Position numbers and translations under genes: made by a program
The notes under the pieces: generated by a model
Told to the model about the DNA's origin: nothing
The model's input: the letters and a program-made list of their open reading frames with translations, nothing else
The model's database searches: none
Part shown: positions 48,552-63,599 of the stretch, piece by piece
Layout: every line of letters begins with the position of its first letter
How positions within the stretch are numbered: position 1 is the first letter of the stretch
DNA from: Octopus sinensis
Lineage: Eukaryota
NCBI RefSeq assembly: GCF_006345805.1
Contig: NC_042998.1
Coordinates: 52,452,001-52,516,000 of the forward strand
DNA length: 64,000 nucleotides
Reading direction: 5' to 3'

Positions 48552-49215
48552 CTATATATGCATATATATATATATATATATACATACATACATACATACG
48601 TATATATATATATATATGGTAATATTGATAAAGTTATGTGATATAGAAATTGGAAGTTGATACTAATCTCAGGTTAGCTACTTAGGCGTTCAGATGGAGC
48701 CAGTTATAATCACATTTCTGTTCATAGTCATTATCTTTTATTATAGCAATAGGTTGGGGATAATAAGTTACCCAAAATAGAAAGAAATTACCTTATAAAT
48801 CTGCTGTTTAAGTCTTGTTAATGTTATTGTTTAGCCTAAATTTATTCTTTATCAAACAGACCAATAATCAAAACATTGTAGCTATCAATGTCTATCTAGA
48901 GTACAATGTTCTTGTCTTTTACCCTTTGAATAACTATAGGGTCAATTGACCCCTATTTCTAGCACATAGAGTTTCCCTCAGTAGGAATCTTATATGGAAT
49001 CTCTTATCTTTTATTCGTTTCAGTCACTCAGTCACTAGATTGTGGCCATTTTGGGGCACTGCCTTGAAGGCTACTTATTCTAATTGGTCTCTTTTGATGA
49101 ACTGTTAAGTTATGGTGACATAAATAAACCAACACTGGTTATCAAGTGGTGTGTGGGGATAAACAGGCACACAAACACACACACACACACACTCATGTGC
49201 ATACACACACACTCA

Positions 49216-49246
<31 letters not shown>

Positions 49247-49479
49247 GATGGGCTTCTACTGGTTGGCCTGGGACTGTAGTAGAAGGTACTTGCCCAAAGT
49301 GCCACACACTGGGACTGAATCCCAAAACATGAGGTTGGCAAGCAAATGTCTTACCTCACAGCTATGTTGTGCCTCTGTGTATATACATGCACACACTCAT
49401 TTCTACATGCCTGTTGCCATACATACACTTGCATATATAAACACAATAAAATAAAGATATAGACACACCCTTATGCATC

Positions 49480-49900
49480 TCTCTCTCTCTCTTCCTTGTT
49501 CTCTCTCTCTTCCTTGTTCTCTCTCTCACTCTCTCTGTCTTCCTTGTTCTCTCTCACTCTCTCTCTTCTTTGTTCTCTCTCACTCTCTCTCTTCCTTGTT
49601 CTCTCTCACTCTCTCTCTCTCTCTCTTCCTTGTTCTCTCTCTCTTCCTTGTTCTCTCTCTCACTCTCTCTGTCTTCCTTGTTCTCTCTCACTCTCTCTCT
49701 TCCTTGTTCTCTCTCACTCTCTCTCTTCCTTGTTCTCTCTCACTCTCTCTCTCTCTCTTCCTTGTTCTCTCTCACTCTCTCTCTCTTCCTTGTTCTCTCT
49801 CACTCTCTCTCTCTTCCTTGTTCTCTCTCACTCTCTCTCTTCCTTGTTCTCTCTCATTCTCTCTCCCTCTCTCTTCCTTGTTCTCTCTCACTCTCTCTCT
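49480..49900. repeat. (CT)n-derived minisatellite with a ttccttgtt spacer
   Basis: Unit ctctctcttccttgttctctctca repeats about 14 times. Confidence 0.95.
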
Positions 49901-50354
49901 CTACACACACACACAAACACACACATACACGTATCCTTCTGTCCATGCATCGTTGAAATGAATATTGAAATGAATTTACTGAAAAAATCGTGAGAAAAAA
50001 TTTTTTAAATTAATGAAAGAATTGAAATAGATAATGTATAACATGTATTAAATGTGTCATGTTTAATACACATTAAATATTAATATATAATAAATATTTA
50101 TTCAAATGAATAAAAGGAATAAAAATATATAAAATGAATATTAGAATGATTAAATGAAAGGAATGAGATGTAATAAAGATATATGTATAAAAATGATTAA
50201 TAGGTATAAAGTATATCATAAAATATAAGATATAATAAAATTTTTAATAATAAAACTTCATATGAATTATATAATGAAATATAAATCATAAAATATACAG
50301 TGCAAGTATTACAGCTATCAGCATATATAGTACACATAACACTTGCAGTATATG

Positions 50355-50856
50355 TATCAGGTCATCAAGAATGAAATGTCTGATTTCGAACTGAAAGTCT
50401 ATTTTACTTTATCTCAAAAAAAAAAAAAGCAATGCAGTTAATGAAGGTACACACCTAAATTTTCAAAACACAATTTTGCCATTTTATAAGTAATTTATTT
50501 ATACTGGTAGTAAAGAATTCTGGAGAGCAAGAGGTGATGAAATCATGAAAGGCTGTTTTTGCATCTTCTTCAGATTTGAAGTTTTTTTCCTTGCAAAAAG
50601 TTGTCTAATGCCTGGAAAACACGATAGTCAGTTGGTGCAAGGTCTGGTGAATATGGTGAATATGGGTTTACAAAAGCCGATTAGCAAGAGAAAATTCACA
50701 ATATAATCAGACACAATGAATTACATTTCGAAAAGTGATGATGTAACTCTTCAATGTTGTAAAATAAAGAATTGTCAGCATAAAACACTAGAGTTAACAA
50801 CTGTCAAACTTGGTGCATAAGAAAATCGAACATTTCATTCTTAATGACCTGATGTA
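50355..50856 (-). mobile_element. Internally deleted mariner transposon with a transposase C-terminal remnant
   Basis: TIRs tatcaggtcatcaagaatgaaatg / catttcattcttaatgacctgatgta. Minus strand PYSPDLAPTDYRVFQALDNFLQG...FFTTSINKLLIKWQNCV with a frameshift. Confidence 0.9.
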
Positions 50857-50895
50857 TACTACACATAGTACATACATATATAAGATTGTATACAT

Positions 50896-51464
50896 CAGTA
50901 ATTCTCTACCATTTTTTACATATGGACCCCTTTAATTACTACTTTAATCTGGTGGACCTCCATATCCATTCAATGTCTATAAACGAGTTTTATAGGTACT
51001 TCCTATTTTGTTTTTCACATGTTAACTTGTGTAGGTTGAACTATGTAAAATGTTAAAGAAAGAAATTTAGCTGTTTCTTACAACAGATACATTTAACCCT
51101 TTAACATTTTAAACTGGTTTTATCCAGCCCAAATATTCTACATGTTTTACATTCAAACTGGCCATATCTAGCCTCTCACACCAAACCTCCATTGACATTC
51201 GAAAAAATAAATAATCACTGCATCAAAAGCTTGAATCTATAAGATAATGACTGATGGATTCAAAACAGTTTGAGTAAAACAGCATTACATTCAACAGAAT
51301 AATCTAGAGGGTTAAATCAAAACTTTTTCATAGACCCTTAAATTACTACTGTAGATCCCCGATTTACTATTTTGCTTGCAAGAGGCCCCAAAAATCTTAC
51401 AAGGAGCCCCCAAAATCTTACAAGGACCCCCAGAAGCCATATGGTCCTTGGTTGAGAACCACTG
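50896..51464. mobile_element. hAT MITE with a nested piggyBac MITE
   Basis: TIRs cagtaattctctacc / ggttgagaaccactg. Degenerate 8-bp TSD gtatacat/gtgtatat. Confidence 0.72.
51093..51315. mobile_element. piggyBac-type MITE, diverged
   Basis: TTAA-cccttta ... agaggg-TTAA. Interior homologous to 27668. Confidence 0.8.
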
Positions 51465-51534
51465 GTGTATATCATAGATATTATGTGCATTATATGATGC
51501 AGTAGAAAAATAAACATAAAAAGAAATATAATAA

Positions 51535-51988
51535 AATGGTTCTGGGTTCAGTCCCACTGTGTGGCACTTTGGCAGTGTCTTCTACTGCAGCCTCAGGCCA
51601 ACCAAAACTTTGTGAATGATTTGATATATGGAAACTGAAAGGAGTCCGTTGTATATATATATATGGATGGAGACTCCCTTCAGTCACAAATGAGCATGGG
51701 ATTGCACCTAGAAAGTTACCGTCTCAGGCACAAGTCCAGGCAAGGTTGTTTATGGAAGACCAGCAGTCACCCATGCATACCAGCCTCCCCTCTCCACACC
51801 ACCGATGTCATCCAAGGGAAAAGCTAAGGACTGATACAGCTTGGCATCAGTGATGTCGCAACTCATTTCTACAGCTGGAGCAATGTGAAATAAAGTGTCT
51901 TGCTCAAGAACACAACATGCAGCCCGGTCCAGGATTTGAACACGGTCGTAAACTCGATGCTCAAACCATTGAACTATGAGCTTTCACT

Positions 51989-52076
<88 letters not shown>

Positions 52077-52170
52077 ATATATATAGTATATATATATATA
52101 TGTATATATATATATGTATATTATATATATATATATATGTATATATATATAATGTATATATATATATATA

Positions 52171-52217
<47 letters not shown>

Positions 52218-52510
52218 TTGTACACCACCTGTCTTCGTCTTTTGTTTTTTTCGTGAACTCTCCCCCTATATATGTATATATATTTATGCATGTGTGTCTT
52301 TGTGTCTATGTTTGACCCCTGCCACCATTGCTTGACAACACCAATGTTGGTGTACTTACATCTTTGTAACTTAGTGGTTTGGCAAAAGAGACTGATAAAA
52401 TAAGTACTAGGCTTACAAGGAATAAGTCCTGGGGCTGATTTCTTTGACTAAAACCCTTATAGGTGGTGCTCCATCTTGGCCAGAGTCAAATGACTGAAAC
52501 ATGTAAAAGA
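51535..52510 (+). mobile_element. SINE family B split by a family D insertion
   Basis: B 5' part at 51535-51660 and B 3' part at 52290-52510. Confidence 0.78.
51665..51988 (-). mobile_element. SINE family D nested in family B
   Basis: Homologous to 36283-36620. Confidence 0.85.
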
Positions 52511-53234
52511 ATATATTACATATAATGCAATGTGATATAAAAAAGATACATGTAATGTTTATTATATGTGTTCCTCTTTTTTATATCACATTATATTGCA
52601 TTACATTGTATTATTGTATATTTCACTTCTGTTATATTTCTTCTATTTTTGTTTTATTTCATATAATGTATATATGCTTACTACATATGTTATATATACT
52701 GTTTACGTTGATATATGCACTACTTATATTGATGTTTATTACATTATGTATTTTACAAGAAGCATGTATGTAAGAAACGTGTTTAAAATGAAAAGATAAT
52801 ATATGATGAAAGAAACGTGTAAACTATAAAATAAATCGTATATGTTCCATAATGAAAAAAATCCACATGCATAACAGGAAAAAATATAATATGTATATTT
52901 AGATATATAATTATAAATGTAGATATACATGCACTTAAATATTTCAGATAAAAATGAAATAAAAATTATAGATAAAATTAAGTTAATAAAAAATTATAGA
53001 TATAATGAGCCAAAACAATGATAATGGAAAAATTATATGTAAACATAATTATGATGTTGTGTGATATGTTTTGTGATAAAGTTTATGAGATGATTCTTGT
53101 AAAACTTTTATTATTTGAAGTGCTAGTAATTTTTTTATTTTATGAAAGTTTTTTTTTCTCATCGGTGATTGATCTGTATAGATCTAGTTATATCTCATTT
53201 GTTGTTGGAAAGAAATAGATCCTCATGTTATTAC

Positions 53235-53416
53235 TTGTAAACCAGTTCAGCCGTTTTGTTTAAAGACACACAACCCTTGCCAGCATAGATATTAAGTTTT
53301 TCTGTTAGGTAGAGTATGCATCTATTGGACCTGTTGTTGTTGTGGAATTTTTCAATATCTGACCAGTTTATCATGTACTGTGCATCATCTACTTTTGTCA
53401 GAATCGCTTGGAAGCC
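53235..53416 (-). CDS. Candidate coding exon: GFQAILTKVDDAQYMINWSDIEKFHNNNRSNRCILYLTEKLNIYAGKGCVSLNKTAELVY
   Basis: Lies within an open frame of about 84 codons (53485-53232) in unique sequence. Acceptor aatattcttcag|, donor tacaa|gtaata. Confidence 0.35.
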
Positions 53417-53939
53417 CTGAAGAATATTATTGGTATTACATGCAAATATAAATACCTCTTCCTTCCATTGTATCTGTCTTGCAGGTTACCTGGCCATGTC
53501 GCTAGTCAGATGATACATTAAAGTACTCAGTACACACTGCAAAGCTGACAGCATCGAGCCATAAAAAGCAAAAAAAATGTCAAAGCTGCCCTTAGGGCTT
53601 GATGCAGCCCTGTGGCTCACTAAACCATATCAAAATACCCAACCCAGGCCAACATGAAAAACATACTTTAAATGATGATCATGATGATATATATTGTTAA
53701 AAGTAAATAATATTACTGGTTTTGGTCAAAATGCTACTGATGGTAACATTTGCCTAGTACATCAAATACAGTTGGCAATAATGACAACTCAGTTTCAGAA
53801 AACTGGCCAGCACCTGACCATCTATCAATATGGCGGACACACAAACCAGATTAACAACATACTCTCCGGAAAGTGTGATAGCCAGTTGATTTGTATGCGA
53901 AGTCCTTCTCTAGTGAATAATATGTACAACCCAACATAG

Positions 53940-54790
53940 ATTAGTGCTTAGTGACTTTAGACTAAGAGCTAGAAGGGCTCAGCTTGTCTTGAAACAAACT
54001 TGTCTTGAAAAAGATATCAGCTTAAACATCTCTAAAGAAAAACCGAAGTGCTAAATTAAGGTGTCGAGTATTCATCTACCATTACCAACAACAACTGTGA
54101 TCTGGAGATAGTCCATGAGTTCTCTTACTTGGCTGTACCATCATGGACAACCCCTCCCTAGAGTCTGAGATTAACAGACAGTGGTAGTGCAGTCACAGTG
54201 CTACCCAGGCTTACAATAAGTATCTGGGGGGACAGTAAGCTAATGGTGCATACCAAAGTGGCAGTCTACAGAACTTGCAATGAAATCTAGAGCATCTGCT
54301 CTACCCATGAGCAGTATCTCATCACCTATCTATGCAGCCAAGGATTGGATTCTGGAAGTCAAGTAGACTGACCAAGTTACCAAAAAGGATGTCCTGACTC
54401 GTGCTAAGATATCCAGCCTCCTGGCTGGTCCATATACACTGCATGTCAGATGGGAGGATCATGTAAGATCTGCTGTATAGAGAATTGACCTTTTGCAAGA
54501 GAACACAAGAACAATCCACATCTACATTTTAATAATTGCTTGAGACTTGTGAAGCATGTTTACATGATCATTAAAGGTTGGAGAATATTGCAGGTGATTG
54601 ATCTTTTAGGAGATGGGAATGAGATAAAAAGATTGGAGGAGAGGCTGCTGTTGCCAATGATGAAAGGCAAAACAGCAGAGAAACAGCATCATGACTTGAT
54701 TGGAAGACAGTGCCTTCAAATGCAGTCACTAGAGCTGAGACTTTCAACTGGCATTCACATATAGGTTTCTACAGTGGCAGCAACAAGATT
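53940..54790 (+). pseudogene. Decayed RTE (BovB-like) LINE 3' region
   Basis: Fragments such as LEIVHEFSYL, SLESEINRQ and WGDSKLMVHTKVAVYRTC match the RTE RT C-terminus. Many frameshifts. Confidence 0.7.
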
Positions 54791-55003
54791 AAATGAAGAC
54801 TTTTCAGGCACAAATTCATGGTCTCACAATACTAACTGCACATATGGTTGTGTGGTTAAGAAGTTTGCTCTACAAGCAAATATCAGTTCAATCCCATTGT
54901 GTAACACCTCAGGCAGTTTTTCTTCTATAGGTTGGCCCTGAGCCAACCAATGGTACTTTGTGAAATTGACTGATAGAAACTGTAAAAGAAGCTCATCATA
55001 TGT

Positions 55004-55052
<49 letters not shown>

Positions 55053-56479
55053 TGTGTGTATGCATGCTTGTATGTATGTTTTCTCTTTATTTTTTTTAAT
55101 TTAGAGTAAATTTTGACCAGCCACTGACTTCATTTAGCCATCAGCTTTTAAATCATAAGGTCTTGCTGATTTTTATAGTCCCAGGTATTGAGATTATTTG
55201 TAGCTTATGAATTAAGGATTTGCATTCTCTTCCCTAGATTCCAAGTTCAACCATATTTTGCTCGAGATGGACTGGTATGTATCCTGTCACTCTAATAATA
55301 ATAGGTATGAAACTGAAAGTGTATCTTGAGTACTGGATTTGCAAACTCCTATGCATGTATGTATGTATGTATGTATGTATGTATAGATAGATGGATAGAT
55401 GGCTGGGTGGATGGATGGATGGATGGATGCATGCATGCATGCAAGCATCGATGTGTGTATGTGCATGTTCATGTGTTTTTATATCTAATCTAAATAGATA
55501 TAAAAGTCTCCTTTTCTTATTGATTATAGAAAACAGTTACCATTCATACAAAATAATGTTATTTGTTATGAAGTCCTGCCCAGCCATTGAGTTTTCATAT
55601 TTAATGAACTTGATGACCATTACTTAGCTTGGAAGCAGTTGAAGATTGGTGACCAGAAGGACATCAGGCCATAAAATATTTGACTTGACAAATTTTATCT
55701 GATCCATGCAAGCATGAAAAAGTATATATTAAAAACAATGATGATTTGTGTGTGTGTGTGTGTGTGTGTGCGTGCATGTATGTGAAGGATAATTTACATC
55801 TTATATGCATAGTAAATTTACTCTAATAAAAATATTGAATTAGCCTGCAAAGTTGTTTTGCAAGTACAAATATTTGCACACATAGCTAACAATAAAACAC
55901 TTGAAAGAACTTCTCATTATCTTCTATGCCATCTTGAGCACATATTATTGCTGCATTTTTATTAGATTGTTGGGCGTTTTACATCAAAGAAAGAAAAGAA
56001 AAGAAAAGAGAACTATCAAATTATTTGATTAAAATTATATGGAGGAAATATTGGTCGACTCAACCAATTTCCTAACTCATCTTTTAGCTGTTGCTTAACC
56101 TATTTACCTCAAGTATAATTTAACATAACCATTTTCAAGACACATGATTTTATTCCCTCATGTGATCTGAAATATTAATTTACAATAAAGAAACATTTAG
56201 AATAACAGCATAAACAAAGATTCACTCCTTTTCTTAAAAGCTCTTATTTAAATAACCAAGTTAATAGAAGGTATTATTTGAAGACTAGGATGTGTTAGTC
56301 TGGTAAATAAAGAAATTCTCTGTAAGTCATGCCCTGAATAAAAGAAAATATATGAATGTAAATAAACAGCTAAAGAATTTTTTGTAGTTTTGTTACATAA
56401 AATTATCATTGCTTTTTTTGATATATATGTAATATATATAATATATATATATATATATAATATATATATATATACATAC

Positions 56480-56519
<40 letters not shown>

Positions 56520-56609
56520 ATATATATATATTATATATATATATGTATATATATATATATTATATATATATATAATATATATATATATAATATATATTAT
56601 ATATATATA

Positions 56610-56650
<41 letters not shown>

Positions 56651-56654
56651 CAGA

Positions 56655-57030
56655 AGCATGGTGTGTGGTTAAGATGCTTGCTTTCCAACCCTATGGTCTT
56701 GGTCTCGGGTTCAGTCCCACTGCATGGTACTCTGAGCAAGTGTCATCTGCTATAGCCCCAGGCTGACCAAAACCTTGTGAATGGATTTGGCAGTTGGAAA
56801 CTGAAAGACGCCTGTCATGTGTGTGTGTCTCTGTGTCTCTGCTGTGTTTGTCCCCCACTGCACTTGGCATTAGTTTATGTCACCATAACTTAGTGGTTCA
56901 GCAAAACAAATCAATAAAGTAAGTACCGGGCTTAAGAAAAATAAAGTACTGTAATTGATTTGTTTGACTAGACACTTGAAAGCAGTACCCCAGCGAGGTT
57001 GCAGTCCAATGACAGGAACATGTAAAAGAA
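56655..57030 (+). mobile_element. SINE family B
   Basis: Homology to the 1506 element. Confidence 0.8.
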
Positions 57031-60000
57031 AAACAGATAAAATTAAAAGGTATCTCCTTGCATTATTATTATGATTTTAAAGTTAGCAAGCAGGCAAAAT
57101 AGTTAGCATGTAGAGCAAATTGCTTACTAGCATTTTCTCCCTCTTTATGTTCTACTGAGGTCACCTTTGCCTTTTATCCTCTTGGGGTTGATAAAATAAG
57201 TTGAGCACTGAGGTCGATGTAATTGACTTTACTCCACTCCCAAAATTGCTGGCCTTGTGCCAAAATTTGAAACCATTACTGTTATAATTTTTTTGGCAGT
57301 ATAGAGTATGAGGAGACCGTATTTCTCTTATACATCACATAAAGAAAGGACATTGTTACTATATAATCATGTTGAATTCTTGTAGATCAGTGGTTGAAAA
57401 GAAGTGAAAAAAAGTAAATATAGATAGGTGCAGTTTTGGAAAAAATTGAGTAGATTATTTATGATAGACTGTACATAAAATAAACTAATTTAGTTCGCTG
57501 AAAGAAAGAGGAAAAGATCTGATATTTCAGGTAGGGCTCTTTATCATCGTAACTATCGTAATCCACTTGGTAAATTGTTTATATACACATACATACAAGA
57601 GCCATCCACAAAGGAGGGAGAAAGAAGGGGAAGATGAAGGAGAGAGGGAGAGACAAGGAGGAAGGAGAGAGGAGAAGGAGGGAGGGAAAAGGGGAAGGAG
57701 GGACACAGCTCATCACTAGATTCCTCTGATGGTACCCCTTTAGCATGCAGTGTACCTGACTATTTGCACTTTAGCATGCAGTCTAACCCTTATCCTCAAG
57801 TCTTACCCTGATTTTAACCCAGTTCAGGTCATTTTACAGCATAGACTATGGATACTGCACTAGGCTGCATACTAAAGTAGTAGCCCTGAAATTCTGCTGT
57901 TCCAGTTATCTACTACAGAGTTCAGAGGAGAAAGAAATTTAATAATAGCAAACAAAAAAAAAAGACTAAGTTGGGTAGATATCTTAATTATTCATTGAAA
58001 CTGATATGAGGAAGTTATATATCTTTTGGGAATTTAATAAGCTGTAAAGGTTTTAATATTTTAATGTGAAACATTGAAGAAAACAATTGTATATAGATTA
58101 CTTTACTTTCACTTTTGCATGCTTTTCATAATCTTAGGGGTTGAGTGGCCATACTTGTGTTTTCCTTTAATACAAAGGAATAAACCATCACATATTGGTT
58201 TCCAGTCAAGTCAAATACTCCTCTCTTTCATCTCTACACCTCCTCCTTCCTCGTTCCTCTCTCTTCCTTCCCTCTCCCCCCTCATTCCCTTTCTTCTCTC
58301 TCCTTGTCTCCCCTCCCTCCTCCATCCACCTCTTCTTTTTGTGGATGGCTTTTGCATGTATGTGCATGTGTGTGTATGTGTGCATGTGTGTATACACACA
58401 CACACTCACACACATATATACGAAGTGATTGGCATTAGGAAGGGCATCTAGCCAACTCCATGTCAGACCGTCCAACCCATGCAAACAAGGGTGATGATGA
58501 TGATATGTGTGTGTGTGCTTGAGTGTTTTGTGTTTATCCCCTCCACTGCTTGAGAACTGTGGTTGATTTGTTCAACTAAACCATGCAAAGTGATACCCCA
58601 GCATGGCTGCAGTGCATGACTGAAACAAGTAAGATGAAAGATGTCTTTTTACTGATTATGAAAGCAAGAATCACCATAAAAGTTCCGTACCAACATTTTG
58701 TAAGACAATTGGAGGCCAATTAATGTCATAAGTCTGCATAAAAATAAGTATACTAATTTTAAATGTTTTAAATATCAAGTTTTAATTATTTCCGGATCTT
58801 GAAATACGTAACAATATTATTTTTATTTCTTTTACTTTTTTTCAACTACTGACGATTTTTTCTCCGTTTTAATTTGAGTACAAATGATTTATATTATTTT
58901 TATTTGTTATTTGTTGTTGTTGTTGTTTATTATTATTATTTTTTTTTTTTGCAGTCATATTCTTACAGATCAAATGTTACCAGTTCAAAAATTCCATTTT
59001 CATTTTCAAGTAGATTATATTATTCTATTTTTGGTGTCAACTTAGGAAGCTAACTTTTGAATTCTGAATGAATAGTAACAAAAGAATTAATTTTGAACTT
59101 TTTTTCAATTGATTGAAATATTTCGTCTTGAAATGTATTGAAATACTCTCTCTGCTTGCCTCTCTCTCTATCTCTCTCTCTCTCTTTTATACACACATCA
59201 CTTCCACATTCATCTGTGAATATATTTCTTCTACATTATCCCTATATATGCATTTATATATTCTTTTTCATTCCTCTCATTTTAATTACTTTTGATAATT
59301 TAGTTTCCTTATTTATATTTTTTAAGCTCTCAGGCAAGAACCATAATCCATTACCAGATCTTCTCACTTATTTCATTTCTTCCTCTCTCATCGTTTATTA
59401 CCTCAATTTTTTTTTTTGTATTTCTAAAATATTTTTTCTTCAATTTCCTCACCATTTGTTTCTAACCATTTTTATTTTTCCCTCATTATTTCTAAAGTTT
59501 CCCAGAATATTCTGAGATTACTTCTTGCTCTTCTTTGCACTTTACCACATCTCTTTACTAATTCCCCATTATTTCCTTTTCCTTGTTTTCTGCACACTTC
59601 CTTCTACACAGCTCATAATTAAAAGACATTTTTTTTTTATCACACAAAATCCAGTGCGGCTGATCAAGTGATAATAAATATTTACACAAGTCTATTCAAC
59701 TCCATCAAATCAAATCCTTCCCTCTGACTTTCTATCTGTCAATATCTCTATCTACATGTGGAAATACTTCACATAAATGTCTCATATAAGTCATTATTCA
59801 TCCAATTTGATACATGGAATAGTGCCGGGAAATGACACTTTATGTTTGCCCAGTATGGAAAACAACCCTCATCATGATTTTGATATTCACTTTTCTACTT
59901 TATTGAGGCAGATTTTCTACAGACAGGATGCCATTCCTGTCAACAACCTGCATGGCCAAACATATTCTCACAGGGTATTGGAAAGTAATGACACTGCTTG

Positions 60001-60078
60001 TATGGCAGGAACAATCATTTCACAGCTATCAAGAGATATCAAGTCAAGGAGACACGAGTGTATACACACTCACAGACA

Positions 60079-60165
<87 letters not shown>

Positions 60166-60178
60166 TATATATATATAT

Positions 60179-60232
<54 letters not shown>

Positions 60233-60234
60233 AT

Positions 60235-60535
60235 GGCAAATGGAAGATAGAAGATGGAATATATGAGATTTTTTTTAATAATCCCAAGAATTGTTTTGAC
60301 ACATCCACCATCTATTCCTCAAGGGTGAGACACTCAACAATTGATTCAGGAGCATCTGGCGGTGCAGACGTATCTCATCAGGTGATAAATAGACACAGCT
60401 CATTAAAATAACAGTTCCACAGTGTAACTTCTCATTTTGTAGAAAGAAAAGCAATATCTTCATTTACATAGAAGATCAAAAATGGGAAAAAGAGAAACAA
60501 ACACGCAATACAGTGAGAAAAGTATGCCATCAATG
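60235..60535 (-). mobile_element. Family M PLE-like repeat with degenerate hammerhead
   Basis: Homologous to 14140-14480. Minus strand atcac CTGATGA gatac...gtgtc AAAA caattc. Confidence 0.55.
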
Positions 60536-60539
60536 AATA

Positions 60540-60990
60540 GAGGAAGTGGGTAGGAGTGAAGAGAGGAAGTAGGTCTCAGATGAAGAGAGGAAATAGGTGT
60601 CAGGTGAAGAGATGAGGTGAGTTGAGCCCATATGGCACAAAAGAGTGAAGAGAGAAGATTAATTCCTGTTCACAGCGAAGGTAGGAGTCTGGATGGCCCC
60701 TGTGCAAAAACAGTCTGAACACAAACAGATGTTGTAGTGAATGACTGGTAGAGAGGAAATGGCATGAGACTGGGGAGTCATTGCCGAGTCTGATGTCTCA
60801 GAGATGATCTGCAAACCGGTCAGCAAGCTGCATCCCATTTGACCAATGTGCAGGGAAGGGCAGAAAGAGCAAGAGATGCAGTAAATGTTGTTACTGGAAG
60901 TGCAGGTAAAGGAGTCAGGGATGTGATAGGGATGATGATGGGTACCTGTGAGGACGGTGGCGTTGGAGAGGTAGGAGAAAGTACAGCAGC
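60540..60990 (-). mobile_element. GC-richer decayed LINE-like fragment, unclassified
   Basis: Elevated GC and Cys-rich fragments on the minus strand, no intact frame. Class is a guess. Confidence 0.3.
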
Positions 60991-61669
60991 ATGAATGGGA
61001 GCAGGAGAACTATGTGTGTGTGTGTGTGTATGTGAGTGCGTGTGTTACTCCAGCATGACTACAGCTGCATGGCTGAAACAAGTAAAACAATACAATGAGA
61101 TTCTTCCAGTTTCTACCTATCATATCCATTCACAAGGCTTTGGTTGGCCCAGGGCTAAAGTAGGAGACACTTTCTCAAGGTTCCACAGAAGGACTGAACC
61201 CAGAACCATGAGGTTGGGAGGTGAACTTATTGCCATATGGCCATGCCTGTTATAATTCTATATTGTGTTAAACATACTGGCTTATTAAGATATGTTTATT
61301 TTGATTTGTTTGAAACAGATAAGAAACGTTTTAGAGATAAGACATGCTTTGTTTCATTGAGCTAATATTTGTATTTAAATTATCTAACTGGCTCAAGGCT
61401 ACAAATGTTTTAGCAGAAGGAATAGACAGTTCCATAGGCCACAGCATATTACTTGTATGTAAATAATTTATCTAAGTGGAGCAAGGTTGCAAATGCTTCA
61501 GTAGAGGGAACAATCAGTTAAACTGACCTCAGTATATTACTGGTATGTATTTTAACAAACCTGGATAGACAGTGACAGAATTTGAACCTAGATTGCTAAA
61601 AGTAATTGTTAAACACCATTATTACTGTAATTGTGTCATTTACATTTTAATGAGAGTAATATTTAAAGG

Positions 61670-62110
61670 CAGTGAGATGGCAGAATTGTTAGCACACTAG
61701 GCAAAATGGTTAGTGACATTTCATCTATCTTTACTTTCTGAGTTCAAATTCTACCAAAGTCAGCTTTGCCTTTTTTTCCTTTCAGGGTCGATAAAATAAG
61801 TACCAGTTGAGCACTGGAGTTGATGTAATCAACTTATCCCCTCCCCTGAAATTGCTGGCCTTGTGCCAAAATTTAAAACCAAAAATTATGGTATTTGTTT
61901 ATAATATTGGCAAAAAGCCAGAAATTTCAAGGGTAAGTAATTTGCATTGGATCCAGTACTTAACTGGTACTTATTTTCTTGATACCAAATGTATGAAAGG
62001 TAGAGTTGACTTCAGCCTGATTTGATCTCAGAACATAAAGTGTCAGAACAAATATCATAAGGCATTTTTTCCTGCTTTTCTGATGATTCTGTCAATTCAT
62101 CACTTTTTTA
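61670..62110. mobile_element. Two diverged SINE family C copies, tail-to-tail
   Basis: Plus copy at 61670-61885 and minus copy at 61900-62110. Confidence 0.7.
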
Positions 62111-62289
62111 ATAATAATAATAATAATAGTAATAATAATAATAACAAAACTTTGTTGGTTAGGTATGAAAGGCCAAATCTAGCCAGTTTGAACATAAAAG
62201 AGATAGAATATTTGAACTAGATATCTCTGTTGCCCCTATTGATAAACAGAAGTGGACTGAAAACTGAACCTTGATGGTCTTCTTTCATG

Positions 62290-62332
<43 letters not shown>

Positions 62333-62696
62333 ATGCAAGTATGTATACATATAGATAATATGTGTTTTGCAGTACAGTGCAGCATATATAATATTGAATA
62401 AACACAGAGCTAAAAGTTAGTTTCATTTTGTCACTTCATGTGGTAATGTCTAACCTGCAGAACAATCAATAAAAATAAAATCATTTTTATTATTATTATT
62501 TCTTGTTGTTGTTGTAGTAAATATTTTATTTAAACATTCTCAATTTCTTAAAATAAATTTCCTATAAATGTTTTCACACTTATTTCCCAATATTCCCTCA
62601 AATATTTCATTTTCCTAGTTTTTATAATGGTTTTATTAATAATTCAGCAATAAACTTATGACTTGAAATGTGTTTTTCTTATAGCAAATTAAAATC

Positions 62697-62768
<72 letters not shown>

Positions 62769-63599
62769 TGTATGTATGTATGTATGTATGTATGTATGTA
62801 TGTTGTATGTATGTATGTTGTATGTATGTATGTATATATATGTATATATATATATATTTATACATACACACACATGTATATATATATATATATATATTCA
62901 TGTATGACTGTGTGAGTGTGTTTGTGTGTGTGCACATGTGTTTATAAACCTTCAAAGAAGAAGCAAATATTAAGTGCAATAAAACTTTTAACTGAAGAGC
63001 AAATGCAAACAAACAACAACAACAACAACGATGATGATGATGATAGTAATAATGATAATAATAATAATAATAATAATATAATAATAATAATAATAATAAT
63101 AATAAAATAATAATAATAATAGATATATAAGAAAATAATTTGGGAGGATGTATTTTAATATATCTTTACCTTACTTTCTCAGTGCAATAATCTAAAATAT
63201 TTGTAAAGAAACTATGAACATTTGCAGATACATAAGTAAATTTTTTTTTTCCAGTTTTTGTAATACATTTTTCCAATTTAAATGCAATACTCCAATGTAT
63301 GTAAATTTTGAAAACACCTGGTGCTATCTGTATTCCATTCTAAAATAATGATTAAAGATCAGTTATTAACAAGTAATTCTCTTATTAGTTATGTAAAATT
63401 CTCTTTAAATAGTTTTTAAGCTGCCTTCCACTGCTTTCTTCACTGCAGTAAAAAAATTATGACTCCTTCTATTGTATTTGTATGGAATATCGCATTTGAA
63501 TAAAAATAATGCAATTGTCCCTTTGCCGATATGGAAAATTAGTTTCATGAGTCACTAAGCAAATGGAAATTATGTTAATACAATGAGGTATCAAAGAGT

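Noticed and set aside
57720-57900. taaccct-like motifs suggesting telomeric repeats
   Set aside because: Only scattered degenerate units inside a small inverted-repeat element, with no (TTAGGG)n array.
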